Of a DNA stretch of 64,000 bases, positions 28,512 through 37,794 are shown in pieces. The translations under genes were made by a program, and so were the position numbers. Source of the stretch: an uncultured Myxococcales bacterium (GTDB lineage Bacteria; Desulfobacterota; Binatia; UBA1149; CAYXZP01); contig CAYXZP010000001.1 of assembly GCA_964469485.1 (NCBI GenBank), forward strand, positions 3,660 to 67,659, in the 5' to 3' direction. The notes under the pieces are model-generated. The model was not told the DNA's origin. It saw only the letters and a program-made list of their open reading frames with translations, and did no database searches. The first letter of the stretch is position 1, and each line of letters starts with the position of its first letter.

Positions 28512-30181
28512 AACCTCGCCCACCAGGGCACGCCGGGCTCGCCCTCGAGCTCGACGGTGACCGCGTAGTTCTCAAGCAGACGTCCCTCGGCAAGCGCAAG
28601 CACGGCCAGCGCCCCGGCATGGTCACTGACGGCTTCGACCTCGGTGGCCAGAGCGCGGGCCAGCTTTTCCTGAAAATCGAGCACGTCGGTGGTGGTCACC
28701 ATCCCGACCTCGTATCGTTTCTTCTGGTTGGCGAGATTTTCCTCCGCCAGTTCACGGGCCAGGCGGGCTGCCGCCACGCGCTGCTGGGCCGAGGCCAGTT
28801 CGCCGCCGGCACGCTGGACCTCCAGGGCGATCTCGGAGAGGACCTGACGCAGGCGCTCGCGCGCGTAGGCCAGCTCGGCCTCGGCACGGGCGTGTGCGGC
28901 CCTCGGGGCGGCGTTGGAAAGCGGCATTTCGAGGGTGAGCCCGACCCTGTAGCTGTAGTGGTCGCCGTCGGCTAGCAGGTCGAGCGCGTCGCCGTAGGAA
29001 CCGCCGAAGGCGCTCGTCACCGTCTCACCGGTGTACAGCGAGGTAAGCGGCACGGGGTCGCCGCTGAGCCCGACCAGTTTGTATTCGCCCACCAAGGCCA
29101 GTGCGGGAAGCCGTTCCATGCGCGCTTGGCGCTCGGTCAATTCCGCGCTCGCCACGGTCACTTGCGCGGCCCGTACCTCCGGCCTCCGTTCGGCCGCCAT
29201 GCGAAGGCTCGCCTCAAGTTCGACCGCGACCGCTTCAACGACATGGGTCTGGCTCGGCCGCACCGGCTTTGGGCCGCCACCCTGGTCGAGGCCGAGCATG
29301 ACGGTGTACTGGAGCGTGCGTGCGGCCATATCCAGGTCGTGTTCGGCCACAAGCACCTTTTCTTCCCGAGCGGCGGCCTCGGCCCTGGTCTCGCGCACGG
29401 CAACCGGTGCGAGCAGGCCGACGTCGACCTTGGCCTGGGTCTGTTTGACCAGCTCATGCGCCAACGCGAAGGAGCGACGCTCGACATCGAGGGTGGCTTG
29501 CGCGCGGGCATGGTCCCAGTAGGCGTTGACGACTTCCGCAACGAAGGATGCCAGTTCGGCTTCGAAGGCGGCCATGGCCCCGGCCGAGGAGTTGCGGGCC
29601 AACTCGACGGTGGTACGGGTGGCGCGCCCGCCAAAGTTTTGCAGCAGCGGCTGTTCCAGCGAAAGGCCGATGGCCGGGTCGTACTGCGGCACCAGCCCTT
29701 GGAAGCTGGAGTTGGAGGAGCTGCGCGAGTTCGTCCAATTCAGATCGACGCTGGCGCCGCTGCGCGTGAGCTTGGATACGGTAACGTCGCCCCACCTGTT
29801 GGTCCTTCGGACGACGTCGTTGCCGGACAGCGAGTTGTGGGTGGCCAGCTGGTCCTCACCGACCCCGAGATCGATAACAAGAGTAGGCTCATAGGCGGCC
29901 ACCGCCCCGGCAATATCCTCACGGGCCGCCCGTGGAAGGTGGGAAAGCGCCCGTAGCCCGGGGTTGTTCGCCACCGCCGTGCGCACCGCGTCGGCCAGGG
30001 TGATGGCGGCCGGCTCGCCTTGGGCATTTCTGACGGAGGCAAGAAGCGCCTCGATGTGGTCCGGCCGGTCTGAGGTCTGGGCGGCCGCTCCCCCCCCCGT
30101 TACGCCCTGGACGGCGATCGTGGCGATGAGCAGGGCCATCTTAGAAATGAATGAAACGGGGCTCTCGTGTCGTCTCCTCAT
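28508..30181 (-). CDS. TolC-family outer-membrane efflux protein
   Basis: Signal peptide and a duplicated alpha-helical/beta-barrel repeat architecture. Confidence 0.85.
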   Translation of the reverse strand: MRRRHESPVSFISKMALLIATIAVQGVTGGGAAAQTSDRPDHIEALLASVRNAQGEPAAITLADAVRTAVANNPGLRALSHLPRAAREDIAGAVAAYEPTLVIDLGVGEDQLATHNSLSGNDVVRRTNRWGDVTVSKLTRSGASVDLNWTNSRSSSNSSFQGLVPQYDPAIGLSLEQPLLQNFGGRATRTTVELARNSSAGAMAAFEAELASFVAEVVNAYWDHARAQATLDVERRSFALAHELVKQTQAKVDVGLLAPVAVRETRAEAAAREEKVLVAEHDLDMAARTLQYTVMLGLDQGGGPKPVRPSQTHVVEAVAVELEASLRMAAERRPEVRAAQVTVASAELTERQARMERLPALALVGEYKLVGLSGDPVPLTSLYTGETVTSAFGGSYGDALDLLADGDHYSYRVGLTLEMPLSNAAPRAAHARAEAELAYARERLRQVLSEIALEVQRAGGELASAQQRVAAARLARELAEENLANQKKRYEVGMVTTTDVLDFQEKLARALATEVEAVSDHAGALAVLALAEGRLLENYAVTVELEGEPGVPWWARF

Positions 30182-30298
30182 CCGGACATTCTAGCGTACA
30201 GGTAAGCTGCTTTCCGCTCGCTCGTTACAAGCGCGTTCCCGGGCCCGGAACTGCTTTGCTATCCGGGTCGGCCACGCTATTAGGAAACTCTCCGAACG

Positions 30299-31462
30299 AT
30301 GTTGAAACGCTACTTACTGGCACCGGGACCGACCCCGGTTCCGCACGAGGCAACGCTGGCGATGGCGGCGCCGATGATCCACCACCGCACGCCGGAGTTC
30401 AGCCGTATCTTCCGGCGCGCGGCCGATGGGGCCAAGGCTCTGTTCGGAACCGAACAGGACGTCATGATGCTTGCCGCGACCGGGACCGGCGGCATGGAGG
30501 CGGCCCTCACCAACACGCTGGCCTGTGGAGACCGTGTCGTGGTCGTGCGCGGGGGCAAGTTCGGCGAGCGCTGGGAGGAGATAGCGCGCGGCTACGGGCT
30601 CGAACCGCTGGTGATCGATGTCGAGTGGGGAAGCGCCGTGGCACCGGCCGATATAGCCGCCGCGCTCGACGCGGACCCGGCACCCAAGGCCGTTCTCATG
30701 CAGGCCAGCGAGACCTCGACCACGGTGTTCCACCCGGTGTCGGCTGTCGCCGAGCTGACACGAGAGCGTGACTGCTTGCTCATAGTCGACGGCATAACCG
30801 CCGTCGGGGTGGTCGATATGGCGATGGACGCCACGGGTATCGACGTCCTGGTCACCGGTTCACAGAAGGCGCTCATGCTGCCCCCGGGCCTGGCCTTGGT
30901 GGCCCTGAGCGAGAAAGCCTGGGCAATGGCCGGGCGTTCGGATCTGCCGCGCTATTATTTCGACCTTGCCAAGGAACGAAAGAGCCTGGCCTCGGACACT
31001 TCGGCCTACACGCCGGCCGTGTCACTGGTAAGCGGCCTGGCTGCCGTGTTCGATCTCATAGAGGCCAGCGGCGGCCTGGCCGAGCTCTACCGCCGCCACG
31101 CGATACTCGCCGAAGCCGTCAGAACGGGCCTTGCGGCCATCGGGCTCCGTCTGCTCGCACCAGATGCGCCCAGCCCGGCCGCCACCGGGGTCTACCTCCC
31201 AGACGGCATCGATGGCGGCGAGCTTGCCCGTTACATGCGAGATGTGATGGGTGTGACCGTGGCCGGCGGACAGGGCCACCTCAAAGGCAAGGTCCTGCGT
31301 CTGGCACACATCGGCTATGCCGACTGTTTCGACGTCGTGGTCGGTCTGGCCGCCGTCGAGATGGCCCTTGCCCGCTTCGGGGCCGGGCCCCGGGCCGGAG
31401 TGGCCGTTGGCGCCGCCGAACCCGTACTGGCCCGTCTCTACGACGGCCAGGACAGGGGATAG
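30299..31462 (+). CDS. Class V aminotransferase (serine-pyruvate / alanine-glyoxylate type), possibly acting as phosphoserine aminotransferase
   Basis: MLKRYLLAPGPTPVP... AGXT-like fold. Lies 5 nt upstream of serA. Confidence 0.8.
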   Translation: MLKRYLLAPGPTPVPHEATLAMAAPMIHHRTPEFSRIFRRAADGAKALFGTEQDVMMLAATGTGGMEAALTNTLACGDRVVVVRGGKFGERWEEIARGYGLEPLVIDVEWGSAVAPADIAAALDADPAPKAVLMQASETSTTVFHPVSAVAELTRERDCLLIVDGITAVGVVDMAMDATGIDVLVTGSQKALMLPPGLALVALSEKAWAMAGRSDLPRYYFDLAKERKSLASDTSAYTPAVSLVSGLAAVFDLIEASGGLAELYRRHAILAEAVRTGLAAIGLRLLAPDAPSPAATGVYLPDGIDGGELARYMRDVMGVTVAGGQGHLKGKVLRLAHIGYADCFDVVVGLAAVEMALARFGAGPRAGVAVGAAEPVLARLYDGQDRG

Positions 31463-31467
31463 GGGCC

Positions 31468-33060
31468 ATGTCCGAGCTTCGCAGGGTTCTCATCTCGGAC
31501 AAGCTGGCGCCCGAAGGCGTGGCCATCCTCGAGGATGCCGACGGCATCGAGGTGGACCACAGGCCGGGCATATCGGGCGGGGAGCTCGAGGCGGCCGTGG
31601 CCGGGTGTCACGGATTGGTAGTTCGCAGCGGGACGCACGTGACGGCCGGACTTCTCGAAGCCGCCGCATTGCTCGAGGTCATCGGGCGCGCCGGTATCGG
31701 GATCGACAACGTGGACGTGGAAGCGGCCAGCAAGCGCGGCGTGGTCGTCATGAACACGCCGACGGGGAACAACGTGACCACGGCCGAGCATACGATCTCC
31801 ATGCTGTTGGCCGCCGCCCGGCATATCCCGCGCGCCGACGCTTCGCTGCGCGCGGGACAGTGGCGGCGCGGGGACTTCGTGGGTACCGAGGTGTGCAACA
31901 AGACCCTGGGCATAATCGGCATCGGCAACGTGGGGGCAATCGTCGCCGACCGCGCACGCGGGCTGAAGATGAAAGTCATCGCATATGATCCCTACATCAC
32001 GGAGGAAGCGGCCGGGCGTGCCGGAATAGAGCCGGTGGGGTTGGACGAACTCTACGCACGATCGGATTTCATAAGCGTGCACACGCCGCTTACCCCGGAG
32101 ACCGACGGCTTGCTCGGGCGCGACGCCATGACCCGGATGAGACCGGGCGTGCGGCTCATTAACTGCGCGCGCGGGGGCATCGTCGACGAGCAGGCGCTGG
32201 CCGAGGCGATACGGGACGGCGCGATCGCAGCCGCCGCTATCGACGTCTTCGCCGAGGAGCCGCCGGGCCCGGACAACCCGTTGCTCGGGCTCGAAGAGGT
32301 CGTCGTCACGCCCCATCTCGGAGCCAGCACCGACGAGGCCCAGCTCAACGTGGCCATCGCCGTGGCCGAGCAGATGCGCGATTTCCTGCTCGACGGGGTG
32401 ATAAGCAATGCGGTCAATGTCCCGTCGCTGGCGGCGGAGACGGCCGAAGTGTTGCTGCCTTATATGAAACTGGCCTCGCGCATCGGGAGCATGCACGCCC
32501 AGCTTGCCGGCCGGATACCGAGTCAGGTCACAATCGAGTTCCAGGGAGAGGTGGCCGAGGCCGACTCGAGGCCGGTCGCCGCCGCGGTTCTCGAAGGATT
32601 GCTCGGTGCCGTCATGGAATCGCCGGTCAACAGCGTCAACGCGCCCCTGATCGCCCGCGACCGAGGCGTAAAGGTCATCGAGAGCCGCACGAGCGAGGCC
32701 TCCGGTTTCGCGAGCGCGATCAAGGTGACGTTCGAGGGCCACGGTGCCGCGAATGTGATCACGGGCGCCGTGTTCGGCGGCCGCGTGGCGCGGCTGGTCC
32801 GCTTCGACGACTTCTATCTGGAGTGCGTGCCCGAGGGCATCATCCTGGTTCTGCACAACAATGACGTCCCCGGGGTGGTCGGCCGGGTGGGAACATTCCT
32901 TGGCGACGAGGGGGTGAACATCGCCGGTCTTGCCCTCGGCGGTGACGGCAAAGAGGCGGTCTCCTTCGTGCACGTCGACAAGGCGCTCAGCCATGGGCAG
33001 CTCGAAGCGCTGAGAGCGCTCAGGGACATCACCACGGCCGACATGGTCGAGCTGGACTGA
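31468..33060 (+). CDS. serA: D-3-phosphoglycerate dehydrogenase
   Basis: 2-hydroxyacid dehydrogenase core (GIIGIGNVG) plus ASB and ACT C-terminal domains. Confidence 0.9.
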   Translation: MSELRRVLISDKLAPEGVAILEDADGIEVDHRPGISGGELEAAVAGCHGLVVRSGTHVTAGLLEAAALLEVIGRAGIGIDNVDVEAASKRGVVVMNTPTGNNVTTAEHTISMLLAAARHIPRADASLRAGQWRRGDFVGTEVCNKTLGIIGIGNVGAIVADRARGLKMKVIAYDPYITEEAAGRAGIEPVGLDELYARSDFISVHTPLTPETDGLLGRDAMTRMRPGVRLINCARGGIVDEQALAEAIRDGAIAAAAIDVFAEEPPGPDNPLLGLEEVVVTPHLGASTDEAQLNVAIAVAEQMRDFLLDGVISNAVNVPSLAAETAEVLLPYMKLASRIGSMHAQLAGRIPSQVTIEFQGEVAEADSRPVAAAVLEGLLGAVMESPVNSVNAPLIARDRGVKVIESRTSEASGFASAIKVTFEGHGAANVITGAVFGGRVARLVRFDDFYLECVPEGIILVLHNNDVPGVVGRVGTFLGDEGVNIAGLALGGDGKEAVSFVHVDKALSHGQLEALRALRDITTADMVELD

Positions 33061-33062
33061 GA

Positions 33063-34376
33063 GTGGCCGTCGCCGGGAACGCATACAACAGCCTGGTCGT
33101 CGTCGGTCTGCAGTGGGGCGACGAGGGCAAGGGCAAGGTCGTCGACCTGCTCTCGGCCGAAGCCGACGTCGTCGTCCGGTTCCAGGGTGGCAACAACGCC
33201 GGCCACACCCTCGTCGTCGAAGGCGAGCAGACCATACTGCACCTGATACCTTCGGGGGCGCTCCACGAAGGGACGGTCTGCGTCATAGGCGGCGGTGTGG
33301 TCGTCGACCCGCCCACCTTGGTCGGCGAGCTCGAGGCTCTTCGCGCGACCGGCTATATGCTCGATGACTCCCGCCTCCTGGTCAGCCGTGAGGCACAACT
33401 CATTCTTCCCTACCACAAGGCCATAGACCGGGCGCGTGAGCGCAGGCGCGGCAAAGGCAAGATCGGCACCACCGGACGCGGCATCGGGCCGGCCTACGAG
33501 GACAAGGCCGCGCGTACGGGCCTGAGGATGGTCGACCTCGGCGACGAAGCGGCCTTGCGCGAGAAACTGCGTGCCAACTTCGAGGAGAAGAACGCCTACC
33601 TCGAGGCCATGCTCGGTGAAGAGGTGCTCGAGTACGAAGACATGGTCGAGGAACTGGTCGAGGCCGGCCGCAAGCTCGCGCCCCACGTTGCCGACACCTC
33701 CGAGTATCTTCACGATGCCATCATCTCGGGCAACCGGGTCCTCTTCGAGGGCGCCCAGGGCGTCATGCTCGACGTCGACCTCGGCACCTACCCATATGTG
33801 ACCTCCTCGAACACCTCTGCAGGTGCTGTCTGTTCCGGGGCCGGCCTTGCGCCCGCGCTGGTAGGGCGTGTGATGGGGATCTCGAAGGCCTACACGACAA
33901 GGGTCGGCGCCGGGCCCTTTCCCACCGAACTTGACGACGAGACCGGGAACCATCTTCGCGAGGAGGGCGCCGAGTTCGGCGCCACGACCGGGCGGCCGCG
34001 CCGCTGTGGCTGGTTCGACGCGGTCGTGGTCGGGCGCAGCGTGAGGCTGTCCGGAGCCATGGCCGTCGCGCTGACGAAGCTCGATGTCCTCACCGGACTG
34101 GACCCGTTGCGGATCTGCACGGCCTACCGGCTCGACGGCGAGGAGATCCGTTCGGTGCCCGCTGCGGCCGATGCGCTCGAGCGTTGCCAACCTGTCTACG
34201 AAGAGATGGAGGGCTGGACCGAGGACATCTCGGGGCTATCGAGCATGGAAGACCTGCCCGCGGCGGTGCGCCGTTATACGGAGCGTCTCGAGGAGCTCGT
34301 CGGTGCCGAGGTGGCCCTGGTCTCCACCGGCCCCGGCCGCGAAGAGACCATCATGGTCTCGGATCCCTTCGGCTAG
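33063..34376 (+). CDS. purA: Adenylosuccinate synthetase
   Basis: QWGDEGKGK and GGNNAGHT motifs. Confidence 0.95.
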   Translation: MAVAGNAYNSLVVVGLQWGDEGKGKVVDLLSAEADVVVRFQGGNNAGHTLVVEGEQTILHLIPSGALHEGTVCVIGGGVVVDPPTLVGELEALRATGYMLDDSRLLVSREAQLILPYHKAIDRARERRRGKGKIGTTGRGIGPAYEDKAARTGLRMVDLGDEAALREKLRANFEEKNAYLEAMLGEEVLEYEDMVEELVEAGRKLAPHVADTSEYLHDAIISGNRVLFEGAQGVMLDVDLGTYPYVTSSNTSAGAVCSGAGLAPALVGRVMGISKAYTTRVGAGPFPTELDDETGNHLREEGAEFGATTGRPRRCGWFDAVVVGRSVRLSGAMAVALTKLDVLTGLDPLRICTAYRLDGEEIRSVPAAADALERCQPVYEEMEGWTEDISGLSSMEDLPAAVRRYTERLEELVGAEVALVSTGPGREETIMVSDPFG

Positions 34377-34383
34377 AGGCCCG

Positions 34384-36090
34384 TCAGAAGGCGGCCGGGC
34401 GCCCGCCCTTGCGCGGGTCGGAGACGGCCTGCAGGCGCGAATTGCCGCCGTCCTTGGAGGGCAAGCGTTGGACCACCCCTACGGCCGCTCCGCGCACAAG
34501 CGGCATGACGGAATGGCCGCGGCGTTCGAGGCTGCGATGCACGGCGCCCGGCAGGCCCGCTTCGATTCCGAGCACCTCGGGCATCCACTGGTGATGGATG
34601 CGCGCCGAGCGCACCGCCTCGGCAAGCGGCAGCGAGAAGTCGAGCACCGAGACTAGTGTCTGCAGGCTTGCAGATATTATTAGCGGTCCGCCGGAGGCGC
34701 CGAGGGCCAGCCGCGCATGGCCGTCCTCGAGCACTATGGTCGGTGACATGCTCGACAAAGGGCGCTTGGCGGGCGCGATCGAATTGGCCTCGCTGCCGAG
34801 CAGTCCGTAGATGTTGGGAAGCCCCGGCCGGGCCGAGAAGTCATCCATGGTGTTGTTGAGAACTATGCCGCGCCGGGGAACGGCGACCATGGAACCGAAG
34901 GCGGTGTTGATGCTGGTGGTCATGGCCACGGCGTTGCCCTCGGCGTCTATCACCGAGATGTGCGATGTGCCCGAGTCGGCCCGACTGCTGGCCCCGCCAT
35001 AGTCGGCCGAGGGAACCGAGCGCAGGGAACTGAGCCGTGAGCGGATGGCCGTGGCGTGGCCGGCCGAGAGCAAACGTTCGAGGGGAACCTCGACGAAGTC
35101 CGGGTCGCCGTAATGTGCGGCGCGGTCGGCGAACACGGCCTTGAGCACTTCGGCGAGCAGATGGAGATAGGTCGCAGAGCCCGCGCCCATGTCCGAGAGC
35201 CGGTAAGGTGCTAGCACCCCCAAGGCCGCGGCCATCGTGCCCCCGCCCGAGCTTGGCGGTGGCATGCCAGCTACGCTGAGACCGCGGTAGTCGGTGACGA
35301 TCGGTTCACGCCACTTGACGCGATAGGCGCCCAGGTCCTTGGCGTCGACCATACCGCCGCGCCTCGATACGGCCTTGGCTATGTCCATGGCGACGACGCC
35401 TTCGTAAAAGACGCGCGTGCCGGACTTGGCCAAAAGCTCGAGAGTGCCGGCCAACCCCTCGCGCTTCATAATCTCTCCGGCCAGGTAGGGGCTGCCGTCT
35501 TCGTGGAGGAACAGCGCGGCCATGGTCTCGCTCGCGGCTATCTTTTCCCGCCGGGCGGCGATGGCCGATGCCAGGTGCTCCTCGACCTTGAAGCCGCGGC
35601 GCGCCATCTCGATGGCCGGGGCCGCCAGTTCCTCGAAAGGCTTGGTCCCGAAGCGGTCGAGCGCCGCCTCCAGTCCGGCAACCTCGCCCGGTACCGCCAC
35701 AGCCTTGCCGCCGTACAGGCTGAGCTCTCCGTGGTAGGCACCGCCCGGTGTGTACATGGTGCGGCTTGCCCGCCGCGGGGCGGTCTCACGATAGTCGAGG
35801 GCGTGGACACGGCCTTCGGAGGCCATGAACACGAGCATGAAGCCGCCGCCGCCGAGTCCGGCCGAGGAGGGGTTGACCACCCCGATGGCTAGTGAGGCGG
35901 CTACTGCGGCGTCGACGGCGTTGCCACCGTCACGAAGGATCTCGAGGGCGGCCTCGGATGCCAGTCCGTGCTCGGTCGCCACCGCGCCGTGGCTGCCCTC
36001 GGCATAGTGGGCGTATGCCGGGCAGGCGCACAAGGCGGCGGCCAGGGTCAGAACGAGCCCGAGGGGTCGAGGAGCGGTCGCCCGGTCCAT
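34384..36090 (-). CDS. ggt: Gamma-glutamyltransferase
   Basis: Signal peptide, the autoprocessing Thr region (TTHISV-like TSHISVID) and GGPLI motif. Confidence 0.9.
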   Translation of the reverse strand: MDRATAPRPLGLVLTLAAALCACPAYAHYAEGSHGAVATEHGLASEAALEILRDGGNAVDAAVAASLAIGVVNPSSAGLGGGGFMLVFMASEGRVHALDYRETAPRRASRTMYTPGGAYHGELSLYGGKAVAVPGEVAGLEAALDRFGTKPFEELAAPAIEMARRGFKVEEHLASAIAARREKIAASETMAALFLHEDGSPYLAGEIMKREGLAGTLELLAKSGTRVFYEGVVAMDIAKAVSRRGGMVDAKDLGAYRVKWREPIVTDYRGLSVAGMPPPSSGGGTMAAALGVLAPYRLSDMGAGSATYLHLLAEVLKAVFADRAAHYGDPDFVEVPLERLLSAGHATAIRSRLSSLRSVPSADYGGASSRADSGTSHISVIDAEGNAVAMTTSINTAFGSMVAVPRRGIVLNNTMDDFSARPGLPNIYGLLGSEANSIAPAKRPLSSMSPTIVLEDGHARLALGASGGPLIISASLQTLVSVLDFSLPLAEAVRSARIHHQWMPEVLGIEAGLPGAVHRSLERRGHSVMPLVRGAAVGVVQRLPSKDGGNSRLQAVSDPRKGGRPAAF

Positions 36091-36169
36091 GGCGGCCTTC
36101 TAGGGGCCCGTGGGCATATTTGCAAGATGGCCGGGGGCTGCGTAGACGGCATGCCGGACGCTAACCGTC

Positions 36170-37225
36170 ATGGCCTCGCGCAACCGACTTTCAGAGAAGG
36201 AGTTCTACCTCCACGCTTTCAAGCACCGTTCGATGCTGTTTCACCTCGCCGACCCCGTGGGATTGTCCGAGGTAAAGAGCGTCATCGACCGGTTGCTGGC
36301 CAACCACACCATGGTCGCCGTCTGCGGCGGCCCGCGCGCGGGTCTGGGAAGGCTTGCCCATCGCGGCCTTGATCCGGGCCGCGCCGGCCAACTTGCACCG
36401 GTGAGCCGTGACCTTCTCGAGCGCGGACTGGCCCTGCTCGGCTACGGCAGCCTCCGTTCCCGCGCGGCCCGGCTGCGATTCGCCGTGCGCGTGGCCGCCG
36501 GTCTTGGGATCTCGAAGCTGGTCATCGTGGACCCGCGCGGCGGACTGACCGCCGGTGAGGAGCGGCTGTCCTTTGTCAGGGCCGCGCGGCTGGCCCGCCT
36601 CAGAGCGCCCGGCACTTGGACGGCGGCCGAGCTCGAGCTTTGCCGGCTGTCTCTCGGCCAGGGCGTGGCCGCGGTCAATCTCACCGATGCAGCCGGCCTC
36701 GAACGCGAACTGTTCACTTACGAGGGCGCCGGTACCCTGCTCACGCGCGGTCAGTACTGCCGTGTCGAAAAGCTCGGCGTCGACGGTTTCGACCAGGCCC
36801 TGCGCCTTATCACCCGCGGTGAACAGGAAGGTTATCTGTTGAAGCGCACGCAGGACGAACGCAGGGCGCTCTTGCTTTCGGCCTATGGCGCCTGGTTCGA
36901 GGACCCTCGTGCGAGCGGCCTGGCCGGCTTGGCCGGCCTCGAACTAGAAGCTTACCGGGGTAAGGGTCTGGCCGAGGTCGTGGGCCTTTACTCGATAACG
37001 CGCTTCAAGGGCCAGGGCGTGGGCAAGCGTATCCTCGAGCGGCTCGCAGAGGTGGCTCGTGCCAAGCGGCGAAGCGCGATGTTTGCCTGTAGCTCGAAAG
37101 CCGAGGCCGTGGCCTTCTTCGTGCGCAACGGCTTCGAGCGTGTCGGGGCCGAGCGCGTACCGGCGGCCAAATGGCGAGGGCGCCGGCATCGTCGGCCGTC
37201 GACGGTGCTGTGGCGACGGCTATAA
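36170..37225 (+). CDS. Amino-acid kinase domain + GNAT acetyltransferase fusion (N-acetylglutamate synthase-like)
   Basis: N-terminal carbamate/amino-acid-kinase-like region followed by a C-terminal GNAT motif (RFKGQGVGKRILERL). Confidence 0.5.
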   Translation: MASRNRLSEKEFYLHAFKHRSMLFHLADPVGLSEVKSVIDRLLANHTMVAVCGGPRAGLGRLAHRGLDPGRAGQLAPVSRDLLERGLALLGYGSLRSRAARLRFAVRVAAGLGISKLVIVDPRGGLTAGEERLSFVRAARLARLRAPGTWTAAELELCRLSLGQGVAAVNLTDAAGLERELFTYEGAGTLLTRGQYCRVEKLGVDGFDQALRLITRGEQEGYLLKRTQDERRALLLSAYGAWFEDPRASGLAGLAGLELEAYRGKGLAEVVGLYSITRFKGQGVGKRILERLAEVARAKRRSAMFACSSKAEAVAFFVRNGFERVGAERVPAAKWRGRRHRRPSTVLWRRL

Positions 37226-37530
37226 TGGGGACCATGTCGGCCTACATGAAGGCCCTTGGGCTGCTGCTGGTCGTCCTCGGGATGGCGGGGTCCCTTTACT
37301 GCTGGCGCGCGGCAGCCGGCGATGAAGCATACTTCCGGGCCCTTCGCGGCTACGAGCGTTACCCCGGAAACGTTCTCTACCTGCAGGAACTCAAGATGGC
37401 CGAGCCGCGCCACATGCTGCTCCTGGCCGGTGCCTGGGCCTCGGCTCCGGCCGGCCTGGTCGGAGGCAGTCTCTGTGTGGCCCTATCGGGCCTGCTCGCG
37501 GCGGCAGCCAATCGCGAGGGCCAGTTATAA
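37225..37530 (+). CDS. Small two-TM membrane protein, hypothetical
   Basis: The ATG overlaps the TAA of the previous gene (TAATG). The protein begins MGTMSAYMKALGLLLVVLGMAGS. Hydrophobic, no recognised family. Confidence 0.35.
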   Translation: MGTMSAYMKALGLLLVVLGMAGSLYCWRAAAGDEAYFRALRGYERYPGNVLYLQELKMAEPRHMLLLAGAWASAPAGLVGGSLCVALSGLLAAAANREGQL

Positions 37531-37557
37531 CGCATCGCGTATAATGCGACGCGTTAT
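37527..37557 (+). promoter_or_regulatory. Imperfect inverted repeat (12-bp stem, one mismatch) with the loop spelling TATAAT
   Basis: ATAACGCATCGCG-TATAAT-GCGACGCGTTAT. Sits at the stop codon of the small membrane-protein gene, at the head of the 265-nt low-GC leader of the porin gene. Confidence 0.4.
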
Positions 37558-37794
37558 CTCGACTGCCTTATCCCTGTGCATTTCATGAGCTAAAGGTGCC
37601 TAAGTCAGCTTTCTGTAAGCCCCTGACTTGACTTCCGGTACCCTCGTGGGCACCTTGATTCGGTACCCCCAATTTGGGGGAGGGCCCTTTGGCTCGCACC
37701 GGTCGCCGGCTGGGGGCAGGTGCTGTGGGGGACTGGTAACAGGCCAAGCCAGGCGGCTCTAGATCGCGGATTTGAAGCTAGAAGGAGGAGAATC

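Noticed and set aside
37641-37660. Sigma-54-like element GGCACC-N4-TTCG in the porin leader
   Set aside because: The spacing and the -12 element (TTCG rather than TTGC) do not fit the TGGCACG-N4-TTGCW consensus well enough.
37531-37794. tRNA or small RNA gene in the long intergenic region
   Set aside because: No cloverleaf-compatible segment, T-arm GTTC, or anticodon-loop features were found. It is more likely a leader or intergenic regulatory region.
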